A stretch of DNA of 32,000 nucleotides from Erysipelotrichaceae bacterium MTC7 (GCA_001695645.1 LVZN01000056.1:30001-62000), one strand, 5' to 3'; positions 1 through 8,991 are shown, counted from the first letter of the stretch. Notes: generated from the letters alone by a model not told the origin. Made by a program: numbers and translations.

Positions 1-934
1 CACGTTTACGATCGTAACGTCCTGTTTGTATAAAGTCATATAGTACATTGTTGTCATTTGATGCACAAACCAATTTATGCACTGGCAATCCGACTTGTTT
101 AGCATAATAACCAGCTAGGATATTTCCAAAGTTTCCTGTTGGCACAACAAAGTTAATTTCATCACCAAGTGTGATCTCACCTTGTTCAACCAAACTTGCA
201 TATGCATAGAAGTAGTACACCATCTGTGGTAGTAAACGCCCAATGTTGATGGAATTGGCACTACTTAACTTGATGTTTTCTTTTGCTAGTTCCGCTTTAA
301 AGTTATCATCAACAAATAGTTTTTTAATTCCACTTTGTGCATCATCAAAGTTCCCTTCGATAGCACATACTTTAACGTTGTTTCCCGTTTGTGTTTTCAT
401 TTGCATTTCTTGTACTTTACTTACACCATCATTTGGATAGAACACCATGATTTTGACATGGTCCACATCTTTGAATCCTTCAAGTGCAGCTTTTCCTGTA
501 TCCCCAGATGTTGCCGTCAGAATTAAGACCTCGTAATCTGCATTGGTTTTCTTAAGTGCAGTTTTTGTTAGTTGTGGTAACATTTGTAACCCAACATCTT
601 TAAATGCACTGGTTGGTCCATTAAATAACTCTAAAACAAATCCATCCTTAAGTTTTACCAACGGTGTGACTTCTTCATTTGAAAACTTCCCGCGATATGC
701 TGCTTCCACACATGCTTGGATTTCCTCTTTTGTAAAATCAGGAAGGAATAAAGCAAATACTTCCTCTGCTATTTCATAATAGTTTTTTCCTACGATACGT
801 TTCATATCGATTTGGCGATCCTTTAAATCGCTTACCACAAATAAACCACCATCGTTACTTAACCCTTGTAAGATAGCTTTTGCAGGGCTTAAAGTGATAC
901 TTGCATCCCTAGTGCTTTCGTAATATTGATTCAT
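1..934 (-). CDS. thrC: threonine synthase (first ~311 codons; 3' end lies beyond the window start)
   Basis: Absent from the ORF track because it runs off the window. Reverse translation from ATG 934..932 gives MNQYYESTRDASITLSPAKAILQGLSNDGGLFV...ELFNGPTSAFKDVGLQMLP...LTATSGDTGKAALEGF...VPTGNFGNILAGYYAK. This is the long-form ThrC N-terminus with the PLP-lysine SAFKD motif. RBS AAGGAGAG lies 6 nt upstream, and the frame stays open to position 1. Confidence 0.9.
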   Translation of the reverse strand, partial: MNQYYESTRDASITLSPAKAILQGLSNDGGLFVVSDLKDRQIDMKRIVGKNYYEIAEEVFALFLPDFTKEEIQACVEAAYRGKFSNEEVTPLVKLKDGFVLELFNGPTSAFKDVGLQMLPQLTKTALKKTNADYEVLILTATSGDTGKAALEGFKDVDHVKIMVFYPNDGVSKVQEMQMKTQTGNNVKVCAIEGNFDDAQSGIKKLFVDDNFKAELAKENIKLSSANSINIGRLLPQMVYYFYAYASLVEQGEITLGDEINFVVPTGNFGNILAGYYAKQVGLPVHKLVCASNDNNVLYDFIQTGRYDRKR

Positions 935-966
935 ACAATTCTCTCCTTGATTTCTTTATTTTCCTA

Positions 967-975
967 TGATACAAT
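967..975 (+). promoter_or_regulatory. extended -10 promoter candidate (TGaTACAAT) for the hom-ask-asd operon
   Basis: TGATACAAT at 967..975 sits in the 93-bp divergent thrC/hom intergenic region, about 50 nt upstream of the hom ATG. No strong -35 element is present. Confidence 0.35.
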
Positions 976-1027
976 GTTTCTCAATTAAATACAAGTGTTT
1001 TTTGTACAAAGACACAGAGGGGGACAT

Positions 1028-2188
1028 ATGAAAATTGCAATCTTAGGATTTGGAACCATAGGGAGCGGTGTTCACGAGATCATCAGCACTTACAAAGCAA
1101 AAAGTTTAGCAGATGTTGAAGTTGTTAAAATCTTAGATTTACCACAAAACAAAGGCAAACTTGATCTGATTACAGACAACTTTGATGACATCTTACATGA
1201 TGCATCAATCGATTGTGTTGTAGAAACAATGGGTGGTTTACACCCTGCTTATGAATTCATCACTGCAGCAATGAAAGCAAAGAAGCATGTCGTTACGGCT
1301 AACAAAGCAGTCGTTGCTAAATATATGGAAGAATTCATTGCCCTTGCCTTAGAACATAAAGTACGTTTTCTGTTCGAAGCAAGTACAGGTGGTGGAATTC
1401 CTTGGATTGCTTCCTTAGAAAAAGCAAAACGCGTTGATGAACTTAGCGAGTTATACGGAATCTTTAATGGAACAAGTAATTACATTTTAGATGCGATGAC
1501 TAACCAAGGAAAAGATTTTGCAGAAGTCTTAAAGAAAGCACAAGAGCTTGGGTATGCAGAAGCTGACCCAAGTGCTGACATTGATGGATATGATGTACAA
1601 AATAAAGTTGTTATTTCCAGTGCTGTTGCTTACAACACGAAAATTGATATGCAGGATTTTCCTTGTTACAGCTTACGTACCATTAATAAGGTAGATATCG
1701 ATTACTTTAAAACGTTGAACAAAACCGTGAAATACATCGGTGAAGCAATGGTAAACGATGCAGGTTATGAAGCGTTCGTCATGCCAAATGCACTGACAAA
1801 TGATACAGTAGAAGCAAACGTAAACAGCAATTTCAACATTGCGACATTATATGGAGAAAGCATTGGACCATTAAAGTTCTACGGTCAAGGAGCCGGTAAA
1901 CTTCCAACAGCCAATGCTATTGTGCAAGACATTCTTGATATCAATTCTCCGATTGGTTGTTTAATTGATTTTAGTAACAAGTTAGCATATCAACCAAAAC
2001 AAGAAAACATCTTCGTTATTCGTACAGCAAATAATGTAAACATGGATGTCATTGCAAGCAAAGAAACGTTTGAAGGGCAAACGTATTACACAACAAAACC
2101 AATCGTTGCAACAACATTGGTAAATCTAGTAAAATCAATCGACGATGCAACTGCATTTGTCGCAAAAGTGGCACAATTTAAGGGGTAA
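1028..2188 (+). CDS. hom: homoserine dehydrogenase
   Basis: The ORF 995..2188 has an internal ATG at 1028 preceded by AGAGGGGGA. The N-terminus MKIAILGFGTIGSG is a Rossmann GxGxxG motif. Typical Hom motifs follow (VTANKA, EASTGGGIPWI, GYAEADPSADIDGYD). It lies in an aspartate-pathway cluster. Confidence 0.9.
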   Translation: MKIAILGFGTIGSGVHEIISTYKAKSLADVEVVKILDLPQNKGKLDLITDNFDDILHDASIDCVVETMGGLHPAYEFITAAMKAKKHVVTANKAVVAKYMEEFIALALEHKVRFLFEASTGGGIPWIASLEKAKRVDELSELYGIFNGTSNYILDAMTNQGKDFAEVLKKAQELGYAEADPSADIDGYDVQNKVVISSAVAYNTKIDMQDFPCYSLRTINKVDIDYFKTLNKTVKYIGEAMVNDAGYEAFVMPNALTNDTVEANVNSNFNIATLYGESIGPLKFYGQGAGKLPTANAIVQDILDINSPIGCLIDFSNKLAYQPKQENIFVIRTANNVNMDVIASKETFEGQTYYTTKPIVATTLVNLVKSIDDATAFVAKVAQFKG

Positions 2189-2191
2189 CAT

Positions 2192-3511
2192 ATGATTAAA
2201 ATTGTTAAATTTGGGGGGAGCAGTGTTGCCAGTGCAGCACAGTTTCAAAAAGTAAAAGGAATTATCGAAGCAGATGCAAGTCGCCGCTTTGTTGTGGTGA
2301 GTGCAAGTGGTAAAGCAAATAAGGATGATAATAAAATTACCGACTTATTGTACTTATGTCACGCACACTTAAAATACAACATTTCACCAGATCCAATTTT
2401 CAACATTATTGAAAATCGTTTCTTAGAAATCAAAGATGAATTACAGTTGCAATACGATATAAAAAAAGACTTAGATGCGTTGCGTGCAGAATTAAATAAA
2501 AACATTGATGTCGATTACTTAGTTAGTCGTGGTGAGTATTTAACTGCACTATTGATGGCAGAACATTTGGATTACCAATTTGTTGATGCAAAAGATATTG
2601 TATTCTTCAATTACGACGGAAGTATTGACTATCCAAAAATCAAACAAGCATTTGAAGACATCGTTGTGGAATTTCCAAAGTTAGTGATTCCAGGTTTCTA
2701 CGGTTCATTGCCAGACGGAACCATTCGTATTATGTCACGTGGTGGTGGAGATGTTTCTGGAAGTATTATGGCAAATGTTGTGGATGCAGATGTTTACGAA
2801 AACTGGACAGATGTTTCTGGTATCTTAACTGCTGACCCGCGAATTGTAAAAAATCCAAAGCAAATCGAAGTAATTACCTATGCTGAACTTCGTGAGTTAA
2901 GTTACATGGGAGCAAGCGTTTTACACGAGGAAGCTATCTTCCCAGTTAAACACAAAAACATTCCGATCCATATTTTAAATACCAACGATCCAACATCAAA
3001 AGGAACCATCATTGTTAACCAAGTCGATGATTCTAAAGATACAACAAGTACAATTACTGGAATTGCAGGAAAAAAAGATTTCTCAATTATTACCATTAAG
3101 AAATCTCACATGTCTACAGAAGTCGGAACCATTCGTCGTGCCTTAGATGTCATCGATAAATATGGTTTAAGTGTTGAGCATCTACCTACAGGTATCGATT
3201 CATTCTCGATTGTTTTAGAAAGTGGACCGCTAAAACCAATTCTTTACGATGTGCTTGTACAAATTAAAGAAAAATGTAAGACAAGTGATATTCACGTGAT
3301 GGACAATGTTGCTTTAATTGCAACCGTTTCACGATTTATGAAAAGTAAAACCGGAATGTCTGGACGCTTGTTTACCACATTAGGTAAAAAAGGAATCAAC
3401 ATTTCGATGATTTCACAAACAAGTGATGAAATGAATATTATTGTGGGTGTGCACAATGATGATTATGAACGTACGATTGATGCAATCTACGAAGAATTTG
3501 AGGGAGAATAA
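2192..3511 (+). CDS. aspartate kinase (monofunctional, with C-terminal ACT domains)
   Basis: The N-terminus MIKIVKFGGSSVAS is the amino-acid kinase KFGG motif. TDVSGILTADPRIV is the aspartokinase signature. The C-terminal half resembles tandem ACT domains. The start is 4 nt after the hom stop, with RBS AAGGGG. Confidence 0.9.
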   Translation: MIKIVKFGGSSVASAAQFQKVKGIIEADASRRFVVVSASGKANKDDNKITDLLYLCHAHLKYNISPDPIFNIIENRFLEIKDELQLQYDIKKDLDALRAELNKNIDVDYLVSRGEYLTALLMAEHLDYQFVDAKDIVFFNYDGSIDYPKIKQAFEDIVVEFPKLVIPGFYGSLPDGTIRIMSRGGGDVSGSIMANVVDADVYENWTDVSGILTADPRIVKNPKQIEVITYAELRELSYMGASVLHEEAIFPVKHKNIPIHILNTNDPTSKGTIIVNQVDDSKDTTSTITGIAGKKDFSIITIKKSHMSTEVGTIRRALDVIDKYGLSVEHLPTGIDSFSIVLESGPLKPILYDVLVQIKEKCKTSDIHVMDNVALIATVSRFMKSKTGMSGRLFTTLGKKGINISMISQTSDEMNIIVGVHNDDYERTIDAIYEEFEGE

Positions 3512-3513
3512 AT

Positions 3514-4524
3514 ATGAAAACATATAATGTTGCGATCCTCGGTGCCACTGGTGCGGTTGGTCAAGAAATGTTAAACGTACTTGAAGAGCGTGATTTCCCA
3601 GTTAACGAATTGCGATTGTTAGCAAGTCGTCGTAGCGTGGGCAAAGAAATGACATTTAAAGGACAAACCTATCAATTGCAAGAAGCAAATAAAGATGCTT
3701 TTACCGGCATGGATATCGTACTTGGAGCAGTTGAAAACGATGTAGCAGAAGCACTACTTCCCTATGCTGTAAAAGCCGGAGCTGTGGTCATAGATAACTC
3801 GAGTGCATTCCGCCTTGATGAAAATGTGCCACTCGTTGTACCTGAAGTAAATCCAGAAGATATTAAAAACCACAACGGTATTATTGCTAACCCAAACTGT
3901 TCAACGATTATTGCACTTGTGGCAATCAACGCACTGCATACATATGCCGGTGTAGAAAGCATTGTTGCAAGTACGTATCAAGCAGTTTCTGGTGCTGGAA
4001 ATCCTGGACAAGCGGAATTGGAAAACCAAGTAAAAGAATTACTGGAAGGAAAAGACGTTACAACTAACGTATTCCCTTACCAAATCGCCTATAACGTCAT
4101 TCCGCAAATTGGCGGCTTTGATGAAAATGGATATACAAGTGAAGAGATGAAAATGCAAAATGAAGGTCGTAAGATTTTACACCACGAAGATTTAAACGTC
4201 ACTTGTACTTGTGTCCGCGTCCCTGTTATGCGCTCACATTCAGAGTCGTTAACATTAACGTTTAACAAAGATATTGATGTTGCCAAAGCAAAAGAACTAT
4301 TGGCAAATGCAAAGGGTGTAAAGTTAGTTGATAACCCAGCAGCAAACGAATATCCAATGCCACTTGATTCAAGCAATCAAGATTTGGTCTATGTTGGACG
4401 CATTCGCAAAGACTTGACACGTGACAAAGCGTTAACGCTATGGTGTTGTGGAGATCAAGTTCGTAAAGGTGCTGCCACAAACGCAGTCCAAATTGCTATT
4501 GAATACATAAAACAAAACGCTTAG
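3514..4524 (+). CDS. asd: aspartate-semialdehyde dehydrogenase
   Basis: NVAILGATGAVGQEM is the NAD(P)-binding motif, IIANPNCSTI contains the active-site Cys, and SGAG and RVPVMRSHSESL are also present. RBS GAGGGAG precedes the start. The gene is tightly coupled to the aspartate kinase gene. Confidence 0.95.
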   Translation: MKTYNVAILGATGAVGQEMLNVLEERDFPVNELRLLASRRSVGKEMTFKGQTYQLQEANKDAFTGMDIVLGAVENDVAEALLPYAVKAGAVVIDNSSAFRLDENVPLVVPEVNPEDIKNHNGIIANPNCSTIIALVAINALHTYAGVESIVASTYQAVSGAGNPGQAELENQVKELLEGKDVTTNVFPYQIAYNVIPQIGGFDENGYTSEEMKMQNEGRKILHHEDLNVTCTCVRVPVMRSHSESLTLTFNKDIDVAKAKELLANAKGVKLVDNPAANEYPMPLDSSNQDLVYVGRIRKDLTRDKALTLWCCGDQVRKGAATNAVQIAIEYIKQNA

Positions 4525-4549
4525 ATTCTAATGAATCCAAGCGTTTTTT
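4516..4549. terminator. bidirectional rho-independent terminator between the convergent asd and surface-protein genes
   Basis: AACGCTTAGATTC-taat-GAATCCAAGCGTT forms a 13-bp stem with one mismatch. It is followed by TTTTTT and preceded by an A-run. The stem overlaps the asd stop codon. Confidence 0.7.
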
Positions 4550-4551
4550 CA

Positions 4552-6828
4552 TTACTGTTGTTTTTTATGTTTCACATATGTCATGAAACCGGCTGATGTA
4601 ACTAGTAACAATACTATCCAACCATAAACACGCTGACTATCTGCAGTTTCTGGTGGCTGTTTTTCACTTTGTTGATGATCTTGTGAATCTATAGCATCAA
4701 CTACAATTGTATCATCCTCGTTTTCAACCTGTTCAACCTTTTTCCACTGTGCATAAAGTGTAGTCGCACCATCCATTACCAAGGTATCGTTTACTTTGTA
4801 GGATAATCCACTTCCATCTTTTTGTGTATTCCAATGTACAAATTCATAGCCATCTTTACGCAAATCTCCATGTGCTAATACTTGTACATGACTTTGTTTG
4901 GCATATGGGGTATTGATATCAACTGGCACTTCACCTGCAGTATGACCATTACCATCGTACAGTACATGATACAACTGGTCTTCTTGCCAAACAGCGTAAA
5001 GCGTAATGTTTTCCTCCAAACAAGAAATTCGATTTCCTGGCGTATATTCGAAATCACCCAAAGTGTCATTTGCCTGTTTTGACCATCCGACAAACTGATA
5101 TCCGTCTCTAACAATTTGTAGATCTTGCACACCATCTAATACGGTTTTTCCTTGGTTGATACAAGAAATGTAATAGTAGGTGTGAATGCGATTATCTTGT
5201 AATGCATCTGGTTCATAGTATGCATCACCTACACTTGCTCTTAGGGCTTGCAATTGGTAGTTTCCACCATTTGCATCATATTTTACCCAGGACTGTTCAA
5301 TGGAACCAGCATCTGCAATACCAATGCGTTGGTGATTTCTTTGATCAACTTCCAATTGTTGAACCATTGGTGTCACTTCATCTGCTAGACCTTCTGGTTT
5401 AATTGGTAACGTTGGTATAATTTCACTGCTGAGACTTGCTCCAGCAACCTTAGAAGAGTGATTGCTGGTTAGCGTTGCTGGATAGTTTCCTAAGATAGCA
5501 TGTTCTTGCAGATTTGCTGCAACACCATTATCAATCCCAACATTTCCACCAAGATCGTCTAGTGGCGTTGTTTTTTGTCGAATATTGGCAAATGCTGGAT
5601 CACTTGCAACGTTTCCAACGAATAGATTGTTGCGATAGCGACCACCAGAAGTGTTTGTTGCATATCCAGATCCACCAATCGCACCAGCTGCACTTTTTGC
5701 TTGATTGTAAGCAAATGTATTATGCTCAAATGTAACGAGTGCATTTCTGCCTTGGAATAAGCCACCATTTGCATAAATCTGCACGGCTCCTCCTGAATAT
5801 GCATCATTACTTGCACCTTGTGCAACATTTCGATAGAATGTGTTGTTTTTTAGCACAATATTTTCACTCATGTTATCGTTAGTTTGAATAAGAATGGCAC
5901 CACCATCATCACCAGCGACATTATGTGCAAACGTATTGCCTTCAATGATTAAACTAGCTGCATTGACGATATTAAAAACTGCCAGTGCACCACCATCTGC
6001 TAACTTCGCTTTATCACCAGTGACGTTTTTTACCGCTTCATTATCAACAAAGTAATTATCACGAATTTGAATTGTTGCACCAGCGAGCGCTTGATTGATG
6101 CATATTGCACCACCTTCACCACCAAACGATGCATTTCCAACAGCAAGGTTCTTGTTATTTCTAAACAACGAATTCATAATCGTTAAAGTTCCTCTAAAAC
6201 TTGTTGCGGTAATCGCTGCACCTGAATAGCCAGCCATGCTTTGTGAGTTTTCCACAAATGAACACTGTTCAATGGTTACTTGCGCATCTGAAACACCCAA
6301 AAGTACTGCTCCACCATCTTGCAAATGTGTTCTACCAATAAACTCCATTTGTCTAAGCATAATTGGGGTGTTTGTAAGTATGCGAATGGCTTGTTTTTGA
6401 CTAGCCGCTGTAAAGTGTAGATTTTGAAGAATCAGCGGTTTTGCACCTTGCCCACTTATCGTCATCGTGTATTCACCAATTGCAACACCATTTCCTTCAA
6501 CAGTCACTTGTTTATCTCCAGGTTTGCTAATTGAAAAATCCGCATCAACCGTAAAGCTTTTGGCAAGCGTAATAACATCTTGATCAGAAGCATTTTGCAA
6601 TGCTTGTTGTAATTCTTGAACATTTGTAACTTCTATTGATGTTGGACTTTTTACTTGCGTATTATTTGTAAACGTACGCGCAACATCACCATTACTTATC
6701 AAATGACTTGTGATTGTAGTATCCTGCTTTGTAATCTTTGTTTCCTTTGCAAATACGGGTTGTGTTGTCGATATGATAGCTACCATAATCAACAATACAA
6801 CGCTTATTACTTTGATTCTTAGTTTCAT
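4552..6828 (-). CDS. secreted cell-surface protein: beta-helix with Pmp-type GGA[ILV]/FxxN repeats, Listeria-Bacteroides (Flg_new) repeats and a C-terminal sorting-signal-like tail
   Basis: The signal peptide is MKLRIKVISVVLLIMVAIISTTQPVFA|KE. Seven alternating GGA(I/L/V)...FxxN units are present (GGAV..SFVEN, GAAI..LFRNN, GGAI..YFVDN, GGAL..TFAHN, GGAI..TFYRN, GGAV..TFAYN, AGAI..LFVGN). Two or three YDxNGG...GYxFxGW...LYAxW repeats follow. The C-terminus reads PPETAD, then a hydrophobic helix (WIVLLLVTSAGFMTYV), then KHKKQQ. RBS GGAGGAG precedes the start. Confidence 0.85.
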   Translation of the reverse strand: MKLRIKVISVVLLIMVAIISTTQPVFAKETKITKQDTTITSHLISNGDVARTFTNNTQVKSPTSIEVTNVQELQQALQNASDQDVITLAKSFTVDADFSISKPGDKQVTVEGNGVAIGEYTMTISGQGAKPLILQNLHFTAASQKQAIRILTNTPIMLRQMEFIGRTHLQDGGAVLLGVSDAQVTIEQCSFVENSQSMAGYSGAAITATSFRGTLTIMNSLFRNNKNLAVGNASFGGEGGAICINQALAGATIQIRDNYFVDNEAVKNVTGDKAKLADGGALAVFNIVNAASLIIEGNTFAHNVAGDDGGAILIQTNDNMSENIVLKNNTFYRNVAQGASNDAYSGGAVQIYANGGLFQGRNALVTFEHNTFAYNQAKSAAGAIGGSGYATNTSGGRYRNNLFVGNVASDPAFANIRQKTTPLDDLGGNVGIDNGVAANLQEHAILGNYPATLTSNHSSKVAGASLSSEIIPTLPIKPEGLADEVTPMVQQLEVDQRNHQRIGIADAGSIEQSWVKYDANGGNYQLQALRASVGDAYYEPDALQDNRIHTYYYISCINQGKTVLDGVQDLQIVRDGYQFVGWSKQANDTLGDFEYTPGNRISCLEENITLYAVWQEDQLYHVLYDGNGHTAGEVPVDINTPYAKQSHVQVLAHGDLRKDGYEFVHWNTQKDGSGLSYKVNDTLVMDGATTLYAQWKKVEQVENEDDTIVVDAIDSQDHQQSEKQPPETADSQRVYGWIVLLLVTSAGFMTYVKHKKQQ

Positions 6829-7053
6829 GTATGACTCCTCCTTAATTATATGTCATATCTTGAATCACTCGTAATAAACACGTTTGCACATACACACGTT
6901 TTTGGATAGTTGCTGTTACACTCCTCCTTCTTGATTCATCATAACTATCTCATCACTATTGTTCTTATATATCATACACTACTATATAATTAATATAAAA
7001 TCATCAAAAGTGCTCAGAAAAATGATACCGTTTACAATCCCTTTCTTTAGACA

Positions 7054-7095
7054 TAAAAAAACGCTAGAGTCCATAGGAATCTAAGCGTTCTTTTT
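7054..7095 (-). terminator. rho-independent terminator downstream of the mini-rubredoxin gene
   Basis: The minus strand reads AACGCTTAGA..TCTAGCGTT, a stem with one bulge, followed by TTTTTTT. It starts 20 nt after the stop codon at 7115. Confidence 0.55.
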
Positions 7096-7114
7096 CATTT
7101 CAAGTCTTATTTAA

Positions 7115-7246
7115 TTATTGTTGTTCGAACATGTCTTTTCCAACACCACAGACAGGGCATACATAATCGTCTGGTTCAGCGTTGAAGTCAGGTCCATCGT
7201 ACACGTATCCACATACTGTACAAACCCAGTTTTTGTCATCTGCCAT
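7115..7246 (-). CDS. rubredoxin-like small protein (43 aa, shortened central loop)
   Basis: This ORF falls below the length cutoff of the ORF track. Translation gives [43 protein letters not shown], with two rubredoxin knuckles (CTVCGY and [12 protein letters not shown]). A strong RBS (AAGGAGGAAAAGG) lies 7 nt upstream. It has its own promoter candidate, TTGGAT (7311..7306)-18-TATAAT (7287..7282), and its own terminator. Confidence 0.75.
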   Translation of the reverse strand: MADDKNWVCTVCGYVYDGPDFNAEPDDYVCPVCGVGKDMFEQQ

Positions 7247-7342
7247 AATAATCCTTTTCCTCCTTATATCTTACAATACAAATTATAGATGAGTTGGTAA
7301 GGATAATCCAATGAAATGCACTGAAAAGATAGCCAAAAATTC

Positions 7343-7366
7343 AAAAAGTCGCTTTTGCGACTTTTT
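7343..7366 (-). terminator. rho-independent terminator after yloV/fakA-type gene
   Basis: AAAAAGTCGC-tttt-GCGACTTTTT is a perfect 10-bp hairpin with flanking A/T runs. It sits 2 nt beyond the stop at 7369. Confidence 0.75.
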
Positions 7367-7368
7367 CT

Positions 7369-8982
7369 TTACTCAACACCAATAATGAATGAATAGACAG
7401 GTTGTCCTCCATTGCTTGCTTCCACTTCCACTCCTTTAGCTTCCGCGTAGGCAACAATCTCATCAAGTTGTTCTTGCGTTGTATCTTCCCCAGCGATAAT
7501 CGTAGCAATTTCACTTTCACCATCGATCATTAAATCGAGTAATTTACGTGTTGCTTCCATCTTATCAGGAACGGAACATACGATATCTTTTTCGTTTATT
7601 CCCATGTAGTCATTTGCTTTAATTTCAAGACCTTCAAACACAGTATCTTTGATTGCATATGTGACTTGTCCAGTTTTTACAGCCGCAATAGCATCTTTCA
7701 TTTCGGCAACATTACTATCGATATCCACTTCTGGATTGAACATTAAACAAGCACTTAATCCTTGTGGGATTGATTTTGTTGGTAAGACACGAATGTCTTG
7801 ATCTTCTAACACTTGTGCTGCTTGTTCAGCTGCTAAAATAATATTTGAGTTGTTTGGTAAGATAATAATATGTTCTGCATTCACTTGTTTAATCGCTTCA
7901 ATGAAGTCTTCGGTTGAAGGGTTCATCGTTTGACCACCAGAAATGATATGATCCACTCTAAAATCTTTAAACATTTGAGTTAAACCATCACCTGCTGCAA
8001 CAGCAATCATGGCATATTTTTTCTTTTCCTTTGGCGTTTGTGTTGATTGATCAACTAAGTGTTCATGTTGTTCTTGCATGTTTTCAATTTTCAACTTTAC
8101 AAATTCACCATAACGTTGAGCAACATTTAATGCATCTCCTGGTTTTAATGTGTGTACATGAACTTTAACAATGTCATCATCTTGAACGACAACAAGTGAG
8201 TTTCCAAGATTTTCTAAACGTGAACGAAGTTTGTTTTCATCAAACGTTTTTAATGATTGTTCATTTAAACGAACAATAAATTCTGTACAGTAACCAAATT
8301 CGTCACTTTCCATTGCTGCACCTGCAGCAACTGTTGTTTCGACTTTTTCTTTACGCTCTACTTTATTTCCATCAAGTGCTTGTAAGAATCCGTCAATGAT
8401 GTAGCATAATCCTGCTCCACCACTATCCACAACACCTACTTCTTTTAAAACAGGAAGTAAATCTGGTGTGCGTTTTAAAGAATTGTGACTTTCTTCAAGT
8501 AATTTAGCGACCACATCGCGGCAAGAAATATCCGTGTTTTCACTTGCATAAAGCAATGTGTAATCGCTTGCTTCACGAATTACAGTTAAAATTGTTCCTT
8601 CTACGGGACGCATTACCGCTTTGTATGCAACACGTGATCCATTCACAAAGGCATTTGCAAGTTTTAAACCATTTACTTCTTCTTCACCTTCTAATGATTG
8701 GTAAAGACCTCTAAAGATTTGTGAGGTAATAACCCCAGAGTTTCCTCTAGCTCCCATCAACAATCCTTTTGATAAAGCTTTAGCAACATCACTTACGCTA
8801 TTGCTATTTACTTTTAAAGCATCGTTCATTCCCGCTGTAAAAGTCATCGACATATTTGTTCCCGTATCTCCATCAGGTACTGGAAATACGTTAAGCGTAT
8901 CGACTTCTTGTTGGTGATTGGCAAGTTGGTTTGCACCACTTTCAATCATTTCTTTCAATATCTGTCCGTTTAATTTTTCCAT
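7369..8982 (-). CDS. fakA: DAK2-domain protein of the YloV/FakA family (fatty-acid kinase ATP-binding subunit type)
   Basis: MEKLNGQILKEMIESGANQLANHQQEVDTLNVFPVPDGDTGTNMSMT is the Dak2 phosphatase-domain signature (PDGDTGTNM). The ~537-aa length and its position directly downstream of an Asp23-family gene match yloU-yloV. I prefer ATG 8982 (RBS GGTGGA) over the GTG at 8991 used by the ORF track. Confidence 0.88.
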   Translation of the reverse strand: MEKLNGQILKEMIESGANQLANHQQEVDTLNVFPVPDGDTGTNMSMTFTAGMNDALKVNSNSVSDVAKALSKGLLMGARGNSGVITSQIFRGLYQSLEGEEEVNGLKLANAFVNGSRVAYKAVMRPVEGTILTVIREASDYTLLYASENTDISCRDVVAKLLEESHNSLKRTPDLLPVLKEVGVVDSGGAGLCYIIDGFLQALDGNKVERKEKVETTVAAGAAMESDEFGYCTEFIVRLNEQSLKTFDENKLRSRLENLGNSLVVVQDDDIVKVHVHTLKPGDALNVAQRYGEFVKLKIENMQEQHEHLVDQSTQTPKEKKKYAMIAVAAGDGLTQMFKDFRVDHIISGGQTMNPSTEDFIEAIKQVNAEHIIILPNNSNIILAAEQAAQVLEDQDIRVLPTKSIPQGLSACLMFNPEVDIDSNVAEMKDAIAAVKTGQVTYAIKDTVFEGLEIKANDYMGINEKDIVCSVPDKMEATRKLLDLMIDGESEIATIIAGEDTTQEQLDEIVAYAEAKGVEVEASNGGQPVYSFIIGVE

Positions 8983-8991
8983 ACATTCCAC

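Noticed and set aside
243-779. Three plus-strand ORFs (243..440, 335..526, 543..779) from the ORF track
   Set aside because: They lie antisense within the strongly supported thrC reading frame. They have Cys/Phe/Ser-rich low-complexity translations and no RBS, so they are shadow ORFs.
995-1027. GTG-initiated N-terminal extension of hom (MFFVQRHRGGH...)
   Set aside because: The purine-rich stretch AGAGGGGGA inside the extension is the RBS for ATG 1028. The Rossmann motif starts right at MKIAILGFG.
6911-6931. SD-like GAAGGAGGAGTG followed by TAA (a start-stop mini-ORF) in the adhesin leader
   Set aside because: The GTG is only 1 nt from the SD core, which is too close for initiation. It is probably a fortuitous purine-rich stretch.
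4516-7095. A shared 13-mer AACGCTTAGATTC in the terminators flanking the adhesin gene (4516..4528 plus strand; 7093..7081 minus strand), which could mark an insertion
   Set aside because: In 32 kb searched on both strands, several 13-mer coincidences are expected by chance (of the order of N^2/4^13). Similarity decays quickly beyond the 13-mer. No integrase, transposase or target-site duplication is present.
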